Source of the DNA: Hydrolagus colliei
Lineage: Eukaryota
Length of the DNA: 47,736 nt
Direction of reading: 5' to 3'
Assembly (NCBI GenBank): GCA_035084275.1
Contig: CM068745.1
Coordinates: 40,068,265 to 40,116,000 of the forward strand
This document shows positions 36,638 through 47,736 of the stretch, in pieces. Under the pieces are notes generated by a model that saw only the letters and a list, made by a program, of their open reading frames with translations, ran no database searches and had not been told where the DNA came from. Each line of letters opens with the position of its first letter. Position 1 is the stretch's first letter. Position numbers and translations under genes: made by a program.

Positions 36638-37769
36638 CATGTTGTTGCCTTTAAGAGAAGACAGGAGAAACAGAGGGGAAGTTAAAATCAAAACAAATGT
36701 GCAGTTGCAAAATGTTATCTGTTGATTTTTAAATGATTAAACCACAGAGAATAAATCATTCTTAATTATTTGTACACCATTTCCAAGTAAAACACAACAG
36801 TGACTCATCAAATCAATTCAGAAATTATTTGGAAGGGAAGGTATCACCTGGGTCAAATAAGCAATGTTAAATTGTATTTTATTTTCCTCTTTGGAGGATT
36901 TTGATAGCATCTCTGGAACTTCAATAAAAGTTTCAACCTTGCTCATTTATTTGGAAAGTAACTGTAGTAGAACAACAAGTAGAAATGTCATATTATGCCA
37001 AGGGTGAAGACCAGTTGGGATCTCACTGTTAACCATTGATTACATTCCTTAGTACTTGATCAGTATTGTTAAAACAAACTAAAGTTAGTACAATACACGT
37101 GGTTCTCAACTTGGTTAACGTGCTGCTGCATTATCATAGCAGCTTTTAAAGGGGTATATTTTTCATGATCGGTGCTATAGTTGTGAATTGCCTCCCCCCC
37201 TAGTGGAATGGTAAGGAATTGATTGCATTTAGCACACTGGTTGGTTTAATCCTGTTCTTTCAGGATTTAAGATTCTGAAATACATTATTGTCCTGCTATA
37301 TTGTTGACCAGTCTAAGTGGAAGCTTTTAGCAAAGGTTGATGTCAAATTTGGAATTCAATAATGAATGTGGTTATTCAGAAATGGAGAGAATATGATACA
37401 AAATGGACAAAACAAAGATTGTTTCTCATCTGAATTGAATCATTAAAACTATGCTTCCTTCACTATGACCTGGATATGAGTTAAAAACTCCCTTGATAGG
37501 ATTATACCCATATGATTACATCCAGGTATAATTATCTGGATACAAAATAGGTGATGCACCACTTTTACTTCTGTGGAAAATCACTCGTAAACTATGGCAT
37601 AAAACACACATTTTCCAATGGTGTCTTAATCACAATCTCATAAATGCCACAGATAGAAGTAAAATAGGAATGACTGTGAGGTGACTTTATTTATAGGTGA
37701 ACATGCACCTGCAGTAATATGCACACATACTCATTCTACAAATAGCTACTTGAATGTGCAGTTTTGTCT

Positions 37770-37980
37770 CGACAATTGCTGAGCAGGACACAGGAAGAAC
37801 ATTTGCAACATCACAATTGTTTTGATATTAATTGCATGCTCTGTTTGATTAGTGCTATGAATCTTTTATGTTCATTTCAATTGCGGATGCAACCTCAGTT
37901 TAATGTTTCATTTAAAAGACATTACCTTCAACAATGCAGTGCTTCCCTATACTGTACTACTCTTAACCGTCAATGTTGAA
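37770..37980 (-). mobile_element. Decayed Deu-domain SINE
   Basis: CCTCAGTTTAATGTTTCATTTAAAAGAC...ACAATGCAGTGCTTCCCT. Confidence 0.45.
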
Positions 37981-38224
37981 TGATCAGATTCCCTATCAGA
38001 GAATAAAGCATTAAACCAAGGCTAAATTAAACTAAGATCCCAGAAATGAAAAGGACATTCACTGAGTGAACTTCTATTTTTAAGATTAGTTTAAGCAAAG
38101 ATAATGAAAAGCTGAAGGATATTTTTATCTCTTTGAAAGTTATTCAGCTAAAATATAAACAAACACAGGGAAATGTCTGTAGTTTGGATTAACAATACCT
38201 TGATACAGTACCTTGATATCTTGT

Positions 38225-38445
38225 GGAGTCATGTAGCTCAATGGTTAGAGCACTTTCCTTGAAACGAGAGACCTAGGTTTGATTCCCGACAGGGCAAAAC
38301 CTTAGGCAAGTTTCCATACTCCACATGCCTAAGAATCCCTCAAAAACAAATTGGCCACTCAATCCACGACTGTTTGTGGGACACTATGTGCAATTGGCTG
38401 CTGTATTTCACCCTAAAATATATAGAGCTGTAAATTATACACTAT
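38225..38445 (+). mobile_element. tRNA-derived SINE, 3'-degenerate
   Basis: GGAGTCATGTAGCTCAATGGTTAGAGCAC...GGTTTGATTCCC...GACTGTTTGTGGGACAC. Confidence 0.85.
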
Positions 38446-38568
38446 TTATTGTAAAATAATAGAGCTATACTGTAAGAATGAGAAAGGTACTCAATAGCCA
38501 CTATCATGTTTTCTGTATCTGTCAATTTCACACGTTGATTGAAATTCTTACATTTTGATATTTTGAAA

Positions 38569-38890
38569 GGAGTCTTGTAGCTCAGCAGCTCTAACACTCG
38601 CCTTAAAAGCGTGAGACCTGTGTTACGAATCCAGGCAGGTCAGGGCAAAACTTTGGGCAAGTTTCCATACTCCACATGCTTAATAATAATCCATCCAAAA
38701 AAACCTATAATAAATTAATCGTTTAAATCCACAACTGTTTGTGGGACACTGCTATACGCAATTGGCTGCCATGTTTTGCCCACAAATATAGTTAATTCAT
38801 TTTACAGTGTATTCTGTAAAGCACCTTTGAGATGTCTAGAAGATGTGAAAAGTGCTATATCAAATGCAAGCCTTATTATTATTATTATTA
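38569..38890 (+). mobile_element. Full-length tRNA-derived SINE
   Basis: GGAGTCTTGTAGCTCAG head through an (ATT)n tail. Confidence 0.88.
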
Positions 38891-39092
38891 GTATATCTCC
38901 TTGAAGTGTTGAAAACAGCTGCCAGATTTGGAACAAACCTTTGGAGAGGGAAGAAGTTTTCCTTGCAAACTTAGGCTGGGCAGCTTTGGTTCAAGATACA
39001 ATATGTTTGTGTGAATTCAACATTGCATGCTATAATTGTACATGAGATTAGTCATGTTACTTTAGTCAAAGAACAATATGCACATGTTTAAT

Positions 39093-39245
39093 TTAATTAT
39101 AATCCTTGCATTTGATATAGTACTTTATCATGTTATTGAAAATCTCAAAGTATTTGTAGGTGGATACAGCAACCAGTTTATGCACAGAAAAAATCCACAA
39201 GCAGCATTGAAATGAATTGCCAATTTTATTTGGATTGAATTTTGG
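39093..39245 (-). mobile_element. SINE 3' fragment
   Basis: ATAATCCTTGCATTTGATATAGTAC. Confidence 0.65.
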
Positions 39246-39339
39246 AGATAATGTGTTCTTTTCTTAATCTCAAATAAACAATAGGATTCAAAGGGGTTCA
39301 ATGGTTTTGGTTTCTGAAGAATATTTTTTCAGCAATCAT

Positions 39340-40040
39340 GTCACTGAACTGTCCTTTCTCCTCCACATCCATGACATGACCAGCACTGCCTTCCACCAGC
39401 TCCACAACATTGCCCAACTCAGCCACTGCCTTACCCCTCAGTCAGCTGTTACCCTCACCCATGCATTCATCACATCAAGACTTGACTATGGAAACTCCCT
39501 CTTCATTGGACTTCCCAGCTGTTCCCTGCAGATCATCCAAAACTCTGCAGCTCGTATCCTCTCCTGCACCAGGCTCCGCGACCCCATCACTCCCATCCTC
39601 GACTGGCTCTATCTGCCAGAGGATAGAATTCATGATCCTTGCCCTCGCTTTCAAGGCCATCCATGTTCTTGCCACCTCCTACCTACCTCTCTGACTTGTT
39701 GACTCCCTACTCACCTACCCGCTCCCTCCGTTCAGCAGGCTTCAGTCTGTTCCATGTCTCCCTCCCTGCTCGCCCTACCATCGGTGGCCAGGCTTTCAGC
39801 TTCTCTGCCCCTTCACTCTGGCACTTGATCCCACAACCTTGCTTTCTTCCTTGCCTCTATCAAAGCCAGTCTCAAGACCCTCCTTTTCAACCATGCCTTC
39901 AGCTACCCTTCCGCCTCTCTGCCTCCCCTCCCACCTACCCCGCCCCTCACCCATGCCTGACCCCTGACTGTTCAACGCCTTAGGACGTCCTTGTGACGTG
40001 AAAGGTGCTCTATAAATGCAATTTTGTTGTTGTTGTTGTT
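39340..40040 (+). mobile_element. L2 LINE 3' region with frameshifted ORF2 C-terminus
   Basis: AFHQLHNIAQL, LTHAFITSRLDYGNSLFIGLP, QIIQNSAARIL, DPITPIL, YSPTRSLRSA, GQAFSFSAPSLW; tail GACGTGAAAGGTGCTCTATAAATGCAATTTT(GTT)n. Confidence 0.92.
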
Positions 40041-40604
40041 TATACAGTACCATTGACTGATCTGGTAGTGTTTTGTAAGTAAGTACTTTAACCCCTCTTC
40101 CTTCACCCAAAGTCGTTTTCCAATACACTGTCATTGATGAACTGTTCTGGGTTTTCTCAGTACTAGTTGAGGTTATAATTATATACTTTACTGACTTGTC
40201 ATAGCACTAAATTACACAGTGTATCCTGACATATGTGACTTAATAAGAGAGTGCTGTTGCAGTTTTACAAAAGTTTATGATAAATGAAAAGTCCAATTTC
40301 TTGGATGAAATTAATGCATATATCTAAATGTTGCAACCAGAGTATTTTATTTTATTTATTTAGATGATGAAATATATACTGAAATGAATTGGAACTTTAT
40401 TCGAATGCATCATGGCCAATATGGCTGACTAAGAGAATGGAAAGCTATCTTGGCATGGCTGCTGGCTTTTATATGTGCAAGGGCAGGATTTTTTATCTCT
40501 TTATTTTTTTGTCTCTGCAGATACAATATGCTTCTCTGTTTGCAAAAAAAAACTGGTTACTTGCTGCAAACCAAGAGGTTTATTGCATGTCCTATTGTCC
40601 ATTG

Positions 40605-40672
40605 TTCCAGCACCTTGGAATGTCTTTCTGACGTGAAAGGCGCTATACAAGTGTAATTTTGTTGTTGTTGTC
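40605..40672 (+). mobile_element. L2 3' terminal fragment
   Basis: CAGCACCTTGGAATGTC...GACGTGAAAGGCGCTATACAAGTGTAATTTT(GTT)n. Confidence 0.8.
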
Positions 40673-41802
40673 CTACCATATTTACAAAACGTTTGGCTGG
40701 AAATTTCCAACTGGAAATGATTGGATATAAGGTGGTTAGAACTTTCAACAACAATTGTTTACATTTGTATATAACATCAATACTTGTGTAGCGCATTTGT
40801 AAGGACAACGTCTCAAGACAATAACTTTCATTTTTATTGATTCTTTCAGACAAAAGAACATCTGAACGGATCTCACAGCCTGAGATTAATTAGAAAAGGA
40901 GTAAATGTTATGAAGACAAATGCAATAGCTAATTGGTACATTCTACAAACAATGATTTGAATTATTTCATCCAACGCTTACCATATCTGAACCGTATGAG
41001 GCAGCAATTCAGCATGCTGAATTACATTGTCAGATTAGTTGAGATCCTCAGCGCAGTATAATGCTCTGGTTGCTCTGGTTAGACCATTTTAAGAGTAATG
41101 TGTACAGTTGTGTTTGCCATGAAATAAAGAGGCTCCCTATGCCCTAGAGACTGTGAAGAGATGACAATGAGGGCCATTTCTAGTGTTACAGAAATGTACT
41201 ATGAGGAATGGCCAAATAGATGTCCCCAGATAATGAAAAGCTCATGTGGTATATTGCTGTGTGCAAATTGCTGTTGCATTCACCTACAAGCAGTTACTAG
41301 ACTTGGCTTGAAACTCTGAAGCTTTGTGATGTTTTGACATCAGGAGCTGTATAAGGATTGTTATAAATTAGGAATCTCCAGCCATGAAAATAAATATCTC
41401 ACAGGGGACTTTCTACAGGTAATACTCTGAGGCACACCAAGTTTAAAGAATACAGCTACACCAAGAAATTTATTTTCTACACCGTTTTAATCCATTGCAA
41501 GAATGGATTACCAGCATGGGTTTGATAGGAAGGAACCTGGATTCAATGAAGAAAAAGCTTTCTGCTGAAGAGGGAGGACAGTAGGGTGGGTAGTCCTCAT
41601 GGTGCGATCAAATACGCTTCATTAATCTTTTCATCTTCTCTCTGCTGAAATGATTGGGGAATGTCTTTGTTGCAAGCTTTCAACCAACTGCTATGGTTCA
41701 CAGCAATTATGCTTTTTTATATCAGTATAAAAGTTTCACTTTTCCCATCTCTTTAACAAATATATAATGAATCATTTGAAGGAATTGAACAGACATTGGA
41801 TC

Positions 41803-42214
41803 AAGTGTCTGGCGATATATCAATAAATCAGTTATATCAGTATAATTTTTCATATCGATATGCCGATATTGGAAATTTGAATATATCGGTATATCAAAAA
41901 ATTTGGTATAAAAAGAATCAGTATATCGCAAAATATCGGTATATCGTGCCCGACGATATATCGATATATCGGTACAATATAAAACTTTTTCAACTTACCT
42001 TGTCTCCGGCATTGCAAACCTCCTGGGCCTAGAGCACGCATATCGGAATGCGCGCGCACATCAGAATGCGCGCGCACACTGGAATGTGTGTGCACCTCCG
42101 AATGCATGCGCATACTCAGGATAAAAAAACCCGGTGATATCAATATATCGGTATATATCGATATGAGCCCACCGATGTATCGGTATCGGAAAATTTCCAT
42201 ATCGACAGACCCTA
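41803..42214. mobile_element. Non-autonomous hAT-like DNA transposon (about 410 bp)
   Basis: Imperfect 16-bp TIR (AAGTGTCTGGCGATAT versus TAGGGTCTGTCGATAT on the minus strand, 13/16). Many (C)GATATATCG subterminal motifs and a central 18-bp tandem GAATGCGCGCGCACATC. No clear TSD. Confidence 0.75.
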
Positions 42215-42834
42215 GTTGCAAGGTAAAGGGGTGCAGCCTAGATGAGCCGAAAGTCATTCGCAAATCACCATACAGCAGTATATTATATTAACAGAATGGC
42301 AGTGATGCACATAGTCTCATCTCAGCTCTTGGTGATATGGTAATGTCTGTAATTTATTCTTCAGCTTTTTGTGTGTTAGCTTTACTTAAGGACAAAGTGT
42401 GATCCAAGGCAATGTGCAAAAGAAAAGCTATTGATTAGCCTGAAAAGAGTGGTTGTCATGTTGCCATTAGTTCCTTTTATGTTTTATTCCCTTTGAAGTG
42501 CTTCAACTGGTGGCATCGGTAAGACAAGATCATTAGTTATTTAGCTCCATCGTCCTAACCAGGTATTATTTTATTTAAGAATCACGTAAGATCACATTAT
42601 TTAAGATCACAAAATGATTTTATGTTCTAAAACTTTTGATCACCATGCAGTGAAGCATCTACGCTTGTGTGTGTCATTTCCATGTACTCAAGCTCTAATT
42701 CTGTCTATGCCATCAAAGGAAATTACAGAGTAGAGGCCAGCCATTTCTCTCCCTCCCACTTTAAGAAATTTAAACAAAAACTGCCTATGTATTCTAAAGG
42801 CTCAAAATTCAATAGAAATTTAGAATTGTTGAAT

Positions 42835-43330
42835 TCTCTCCTCACTGGTCTCCTTAATTCCACATGACACAAACTCCAACTCATCCAGTATCCTGTCCTT
42901 TGCTGTGCTCCTCATATCCATTACCCCTATTAGCACCGGTCTTCAATGGCTCCTGGTATCCTAATGATGTTAAGATGTTCATCATATTTCAAATCCTTTC
43001 ACAGTCTCACCCCTCCCTACTTCTGTTATCTCCTTTAGGCTCTCCTGCCATTACTGTCATCTCTTCCAACTCTGATCGATTGTTTAATCCTCGCTCATTG
43101 TCACATCGTTGGTGGCCAAACTTTCAAATACTTTGACCCTGCTTTCTAGAACAAACTCTCAAAATCTTTCAGTTTGGCTCCTTGCCCTGCTTTCAAATTT
43201 CTTTTTTAAATCCATCTCTTTGACTGGTGTCTTTGGTCAACATGCTCCTTTCTCTGCACTCCACATTGTCCATATGAATTGCTTGAAGACATTCATCCCA
43301 TATATAAGGAGCTATGTAAGTGTAGTATTA
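42835..43330 (+). mobile_element. Old L2 LINE 3' region
   Basis: CTCCTCACTGGTCTCC, AAACTCCAACTCATCCA, GGTGGCCAAACTTTCA, GAGCTATGTAAGTGTA. Confidence 0.6.
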
Positions 43331-44499
43331 CTATTTTTGAATAGCTTTATACAAAGCTATATTTGACAGGGTTGAAAAGATACCACATTATAAGAAGCTG
43401 TGACTGTCAGTGTACAGGGTGATCTTGATTAGTACTGAAGATATGATTTGTACAGCATGCCTATCACTGGCTCATAATAAAAGCCCAAACTAGAATTTTT
43501 AAAAGACCCTCATTCAGTGATTTGAAGGCAAATGACAGATAACTTCACAGATTCCAAAAGTGATACCGTAGGGAAGCTGTGCATACAAGGAGAGGGAAGA
43601 TAACAGATAATGCTGCAGCTGATATTTATTTTGTTGAACTATGCATACTCTTTCAACTCACAGACTATTCCAGTTAGCAGTTTGTTAAAACAGAAGATGC
43701 TGGAAATTCGGGAATTCATTAACTGGCAAATTTGCGTTTCCAAAAATATGGCCAAATTAAATATTTCAAAATTAATAACAAGTCATTTTCCTGTTCTGTG
43801 CAAGCAAATCGGGGAGAAAAATTATTGGTTTGCCTTAACTAAGGCAAAAATTATTGGTTTGCATTAACTAGGGCAAATAAACAAAAATGTCCAAAAGGAA
43901 GTTGAACTATAGTAATGTGACACATAGCATATCTAAATGTGTTCAGCTGTTCTGCACTTGTGTTTAGCAGTATCTCACAAGGCTTTTCATTAAAGTATTT
44001 GATTGTTTTTTTTAGATGTTCCTGTGCCAAGAAATTTCACCTGTGCCAAACTTTCGCTCCTCTGCCAATGTCTCTTTATAACTGATCATAAAGATGGGCA
44101 CAAAATTGATCAAAGCTGACCTAGTATCCCATTTTCCTTTCCTTGCCAAAAGAAAGTACCCAGATGCTATCAATCCTTCCCCCGACAGCATAGCTGAGAT
44201 TAATAATTTATTAAGTGGACATTTATAGGTATCAATATGACTCATTAAATTAAAGAAAGACATTGCACTTTCATGTTGAAATGTCTTAAAGACTCATGAT
44301 CACATAAAAATATCTCAAATTGTTTCACAGAAAATTAGCGTTGAGTATAGGAACTATTTTGTAACACAACCAAGCTGAATTGACCAAAATGACAGGCAAA
44401 CAATGTGTTTTGCATTCCAATAGTGAGTCTACATTACTAGTTTAGTTTCTAGTGGTGCAAGTAGTACTTTAAATCAGTGGTTAAATGATAATCATAGAA

Positions 44500-44630
44500 A
44501 TAATAATATAATAATAATCCTAGCATTTGATATATAGTGCCTTATCACATCTTTGATGTACCTCAAAGTGCTTCACAGAATATATAAAATGCAGTGTCTC
44601 ACAAACAGTAATGGATTGAGTGACCAATAT
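44500..44630 (-). mobile_element. SINE 3' fragment
   Basis: ATAATAATCCTAGCATTTGATAT...CTCAAAGTGCTTCACAGAATA. Confidence 0.7.
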
Positions 44631-45169
44631 ATTTTTTAAAGTAAATAAAAAATAGCATAAATTCTTTGCCATGAATCAAGAAAAAATCAATCAAGAAACA
44701 TTGATGTTGTTGGCCAACCAGTTAATTAGCTAAGGTGCAATAACTGAGGCAGTTGGTTTACAAGTTGCAAGTACGTATTATATTGTATTATCATATTATA
44801 ATATATATTACTTCATATGTCATGAGGTTCAGCACCAGATCTGAAATCACCAAATCTGTGTGTCTTTTTTCTGAATTTATTTTTATCCATTGCTCCTACG
44901 AGTCAGGAAAATAAATTATATTTTACTATTTTTTGAAAATAATTCTGTCAGCAAAACTGCATTGCTTATGCAGCACTTTGAAATTATCCAGTACTTGCTT
45001 GTGGCATGAAAATGTAATTTATATATCAGTCTGTGAGTGTTACGTAAGGATTATTAAATACATTCATTGCATTTGTAGGAACTGAATATGCATTTTTTTA
45101 ATTCACAAGAAATAGAATAGAAACAACACTGCTGCTTGAACACTCCCCACTTAATGTTGTATCAAAGGT

Positions 45170-45238
45170 AATAACATAATAATCCTTGGATTTGATACAG
45201 TGCTTTTCACATCTCCTAGATGTCACAAAGCGCTTCGC
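45170..45238 (-). mobile_element. SINE 3' tail
   Basis: AATAATCCTTGGATTTGATACAGTGCTTTTCACATCTCCTAGATGTCACAAAGCGCTTC. Confidence 0.7.
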
Positions 45239-45596
45239 TATCTATTAATCCCTTTACGCATCCCTGGGTCACAAAGGGGAATAAAATCAGCCAAGATTTC
45301 TGTTCAGATTGCTTTTGAGTGGCATATAGATGGATATTCAGTGAAGTCAGGATTGGAATTGGCTTTGATATTCTTGTTCACTATACTGTCAATATTCACT
45401 TTGAAAAATTAAACCTCGAAAATGGTTCCTTTGGTGAGATACCAGAGAACATTTGGCATCCTTGAACAGTGCATTCAATTGGAGGAGGGAAGAAGGGAAG
45501 AACATCCCAGTGTCTCTAAGAGGAGGGGAGAAACAAAATGATTTAAAATAACTAGGAATAAAGGAAAACTGATTACTTGGTGCTGCTTTATACACT

Positions 45597-45770
45597 TAAG
45601 AACATAAGAACATAAGAATAAGGAGCAGGAGTAGGCCATTCGGCCACTTGAGCCTGCCCTGCCATTCATTAAGATCATGGCTGATCTCCTAATCTAAATC
45701 CACCTACCCGCCTTATCCCCATTTCCCTTAATCCTTTCACCCATAAGCAATTTGACAATTTCAGTTTTAG
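45597..45770 (-). mobile_element. CR1 3' end, second subfamily ((TTCTTATG)n tail)
   Basis: TAAGAACATAAGAACATAAGAATAAGGAGCAGGAGTAGGCCATTCGGCC...AAGATCATGGCTGATCT. Confidence 0.88.
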
Positions 45771-46109
45771 GAAAGGTCACTGGGTCTTTTGAAACATAAA
45801 ATGTTAAGCATATTACAACAAAAATTAATTAAACAAATTACAGAAATGTTTATGTTAGTGGAAGTATTTATTTGCTGCTTTAATATGCAAGTGACATTCT
45901 CAGCACTTTAGATAACAATAAATAAGTCAAAATGCAACATGTATTATGAAAAGGAATAAGGAGCAGCTGTTGCATAACCCACATTGCAACGGAGTTATCA
46001 TTCATATTATAAGAGAGTAAAAGCCCAGTGGTTATATACAATTCTTCAAAGTATACTGCAAAGGAAAGTGACCACAACTTTTGTGTTGATTGATCTCACA
46101 AGAGATTAG

Positions 46110-46312
46110 GATTCCTGCATGTTTGCCCCCATTCTCAGTAACTGCAACCTGGAGTCCATTTGATTTCACTCCTTCCCTCGCCTCCTTCAAGTTCGGCCTC
46201 AAGATTTTCCTCAATGTCCGTACTTTTGACCATGTTTCCCTCCACCCCTGGATGACCTTAGAATATCCTCCTGATATGAAAGGCATTATATAAATGTAAA
46301 TTATTGTTGTAT
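46110..46312 (+). mobile_element. L2 LINE 3' end
   Basis: CCTCCTTCAAGTTCGGCCTCAAGA (FKFGLK), GAAAGGCATTATATAAATGTAA...TTGTTG. Confidence 0.7.
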
Positions 46313-46619
46313 TCTATTGATTCAATTGATTCAATGTGAGAAGGTGTATTTTTAAAAGGGGTATGAATGACGAGATTTCGTTTTTAAACTTGACTTTGGA
46401 ATTAATTTAGCTGCTATGAGCTAAAATCCTTGGAGTTGATTGGATCACTGTGAAGAGGTAGATTAGTTATTAGTTTATTTACATCAACCAATTTGAATAA
46501 GCTCTTCTGGATCATGAGCATGTGCTTACCGGATTACTTAGTGCATTTGAGGATAGTGGCATAATAAGGAATTCTAATGTTAATGTTGGAAGCTCAATTT
46601 CTGTTTCCATGTATGAGTT

Positions 46620-47015
46620 TCATCTGCAAAATACACAGTCAATCCAATTTACAGTATATCATGTGAAGCGATTTAAGAGGTCTCAACAATGTTACAAGGT
46701 TCTATCAAATATAAGGATTATTATTGTTGTGTCGTATTTGGCAACAGAACGGGTGCTGCAGTGACAGATCTGCCATTCTTTAGATCAAATGTTAATTTGA
46801 TATTCTTTCTCTCTGTTCAGGTGCAAATTAAAGATTCAAAAGAGAAGAGGGTTTCTCTTGGTGTCCTGACCAACAAATACCCCAAATAAAATCCCATTCA
46901 TTCATAGGACATTGATGTGCAAAATGATTACTTAGTTCCCCTACAAAAACAGTCAATATTTACTCTGAAGCATTTTGAGACATTTCGTTAAGATCAGTTG
47001 CTATAAAATGCAAGT
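46620..47015 (+). mobile_element. Two decayed SINE fragments (a tail, then a Deu core)
   Basis: GTGAAGCGATTTAAGA...GGATTATTATT; CTGTTCAGGTG...GGTGTCCTGACCAAC...GCTATAAAATGCAAG. Confidence 0.55.
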
Positions 47016-47079
47016 TATTTGATTTCCCTCCATGATCTGTAATATTAAATTTCATACTGAACATAATATACTGTGAAGA

Positions 47080-47188
47080 TTTGTATTTTAACAAATCTTT
47101 GTATTTTAACAAATCTTTGTATTTTAACAAATCTTTGTATTTTAACAAATCTTTGTATTTTAACAAATCTTTGTATTTTAACAAATCT
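47080..47188. repeat. Perfect minisatellite, 6 x 18 bp (TTTGTATTTTAACAAATC)
   Basis: Six identical units. Explains the spurious (LKYKDL)n ORF. Confidence 0.97.
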
Positions 47189-47736
47189 GACTGATTATAA
47201 CTGTTAAGTGTCTATGGGGATGCTTACAGTACTCTGCACAATAAATTGTGAAAATCTCCTGTAAAGTAATGAAAACACTTACCTTTTCTTTCATTTTCAA
47301 ACCACAAATTTCAGGCCTCGATGTATACTGCAGAGATCTAGAGGCATACATTTGTAGCATACATCTTGAGAATATTGCCTAAAACAGTGCAAACTTCACC
47401 TCTAGAAGTGAGCGGGCATCCACTAGATTTAATTTTCCTCTTAAATTGCTCAAAAGATGTGCTATGCTTCATTTTTAAAAATGGGTTTGAAATATTTCAC
47501 TGTTGCCCTCACAATTGATTTTGAATCCATTTTGTTGCTCCTTTCCTACTTTTCATAAAGCTTTATTTTTGGTCTTTCACCCTTGGCTCTTTGATTTTGT
47601 TCAGCTTCTGTAGTTTCATTTTATTCTTGATTTTGAGTACCTAGAAGTTGCAGTGGAAGGATTCTCTATGTGTGTGTCTTGTGGAGTAGCTTTGAGCTAT
47701 GGACTCATTAAGAAACAGTTTAATACTGTAGAATAA

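Noticed and set aside
40490-40580. Acceptor TTTTTGTCTCTGCAG with 19 open codons
   Set aside because: Donor GTTTAT is poor and there is no recognisable homology.
47080-47188. CRISPR array or repeat protein (LKYKDL)n
   Set aside because: No spacers and a eukaryotic context; it is a simple tandem repeat.

Overview
This is AT-rich, repeat-dense vertebrate non-coding DNA. The repeat repertoire points to a cartilaginous fish (shark or chimaera); that is an inference from CR1 3' tails, L2 ends with (TTG)n tails, tRNA/Deu-type SINEs and Penelope-derived units. No intact host protein-coding gene is recognisable, and almost all ORFs in the track are chance ORFs or pieces of LINE reverse transcriptase. 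Supported content: a young 5'-truncated CR1 RT fragment (15.7-16.7 kb), many L2 and SINE copies, four non-autonomous DNA-transposon copies (three types), a frameshifted histone H2B-like pseudogene (4.05-4.31 kb, minus), and a perfect 18-bp minisatellite. The signals most worth checking are: (1) a 181-bp Penelope-derived unit with a 13-bp target-site duplication that carries a minimal hammerhead-ribozyme core; (2) a composite branch point/polypyrimidine/AG|GTAAGT site at 22.9 kb that fits a recursive splice site, which would place the window inside a very long plus-strand intron; (3) a covarying two-tier 3' stem-loop shared by L2 and SINE tails; (4) an isolated 21-bp hairpin at 27.87 kb. Repeat boundaries were read by eye and are approximate unless a TSD or TIR is quoted.
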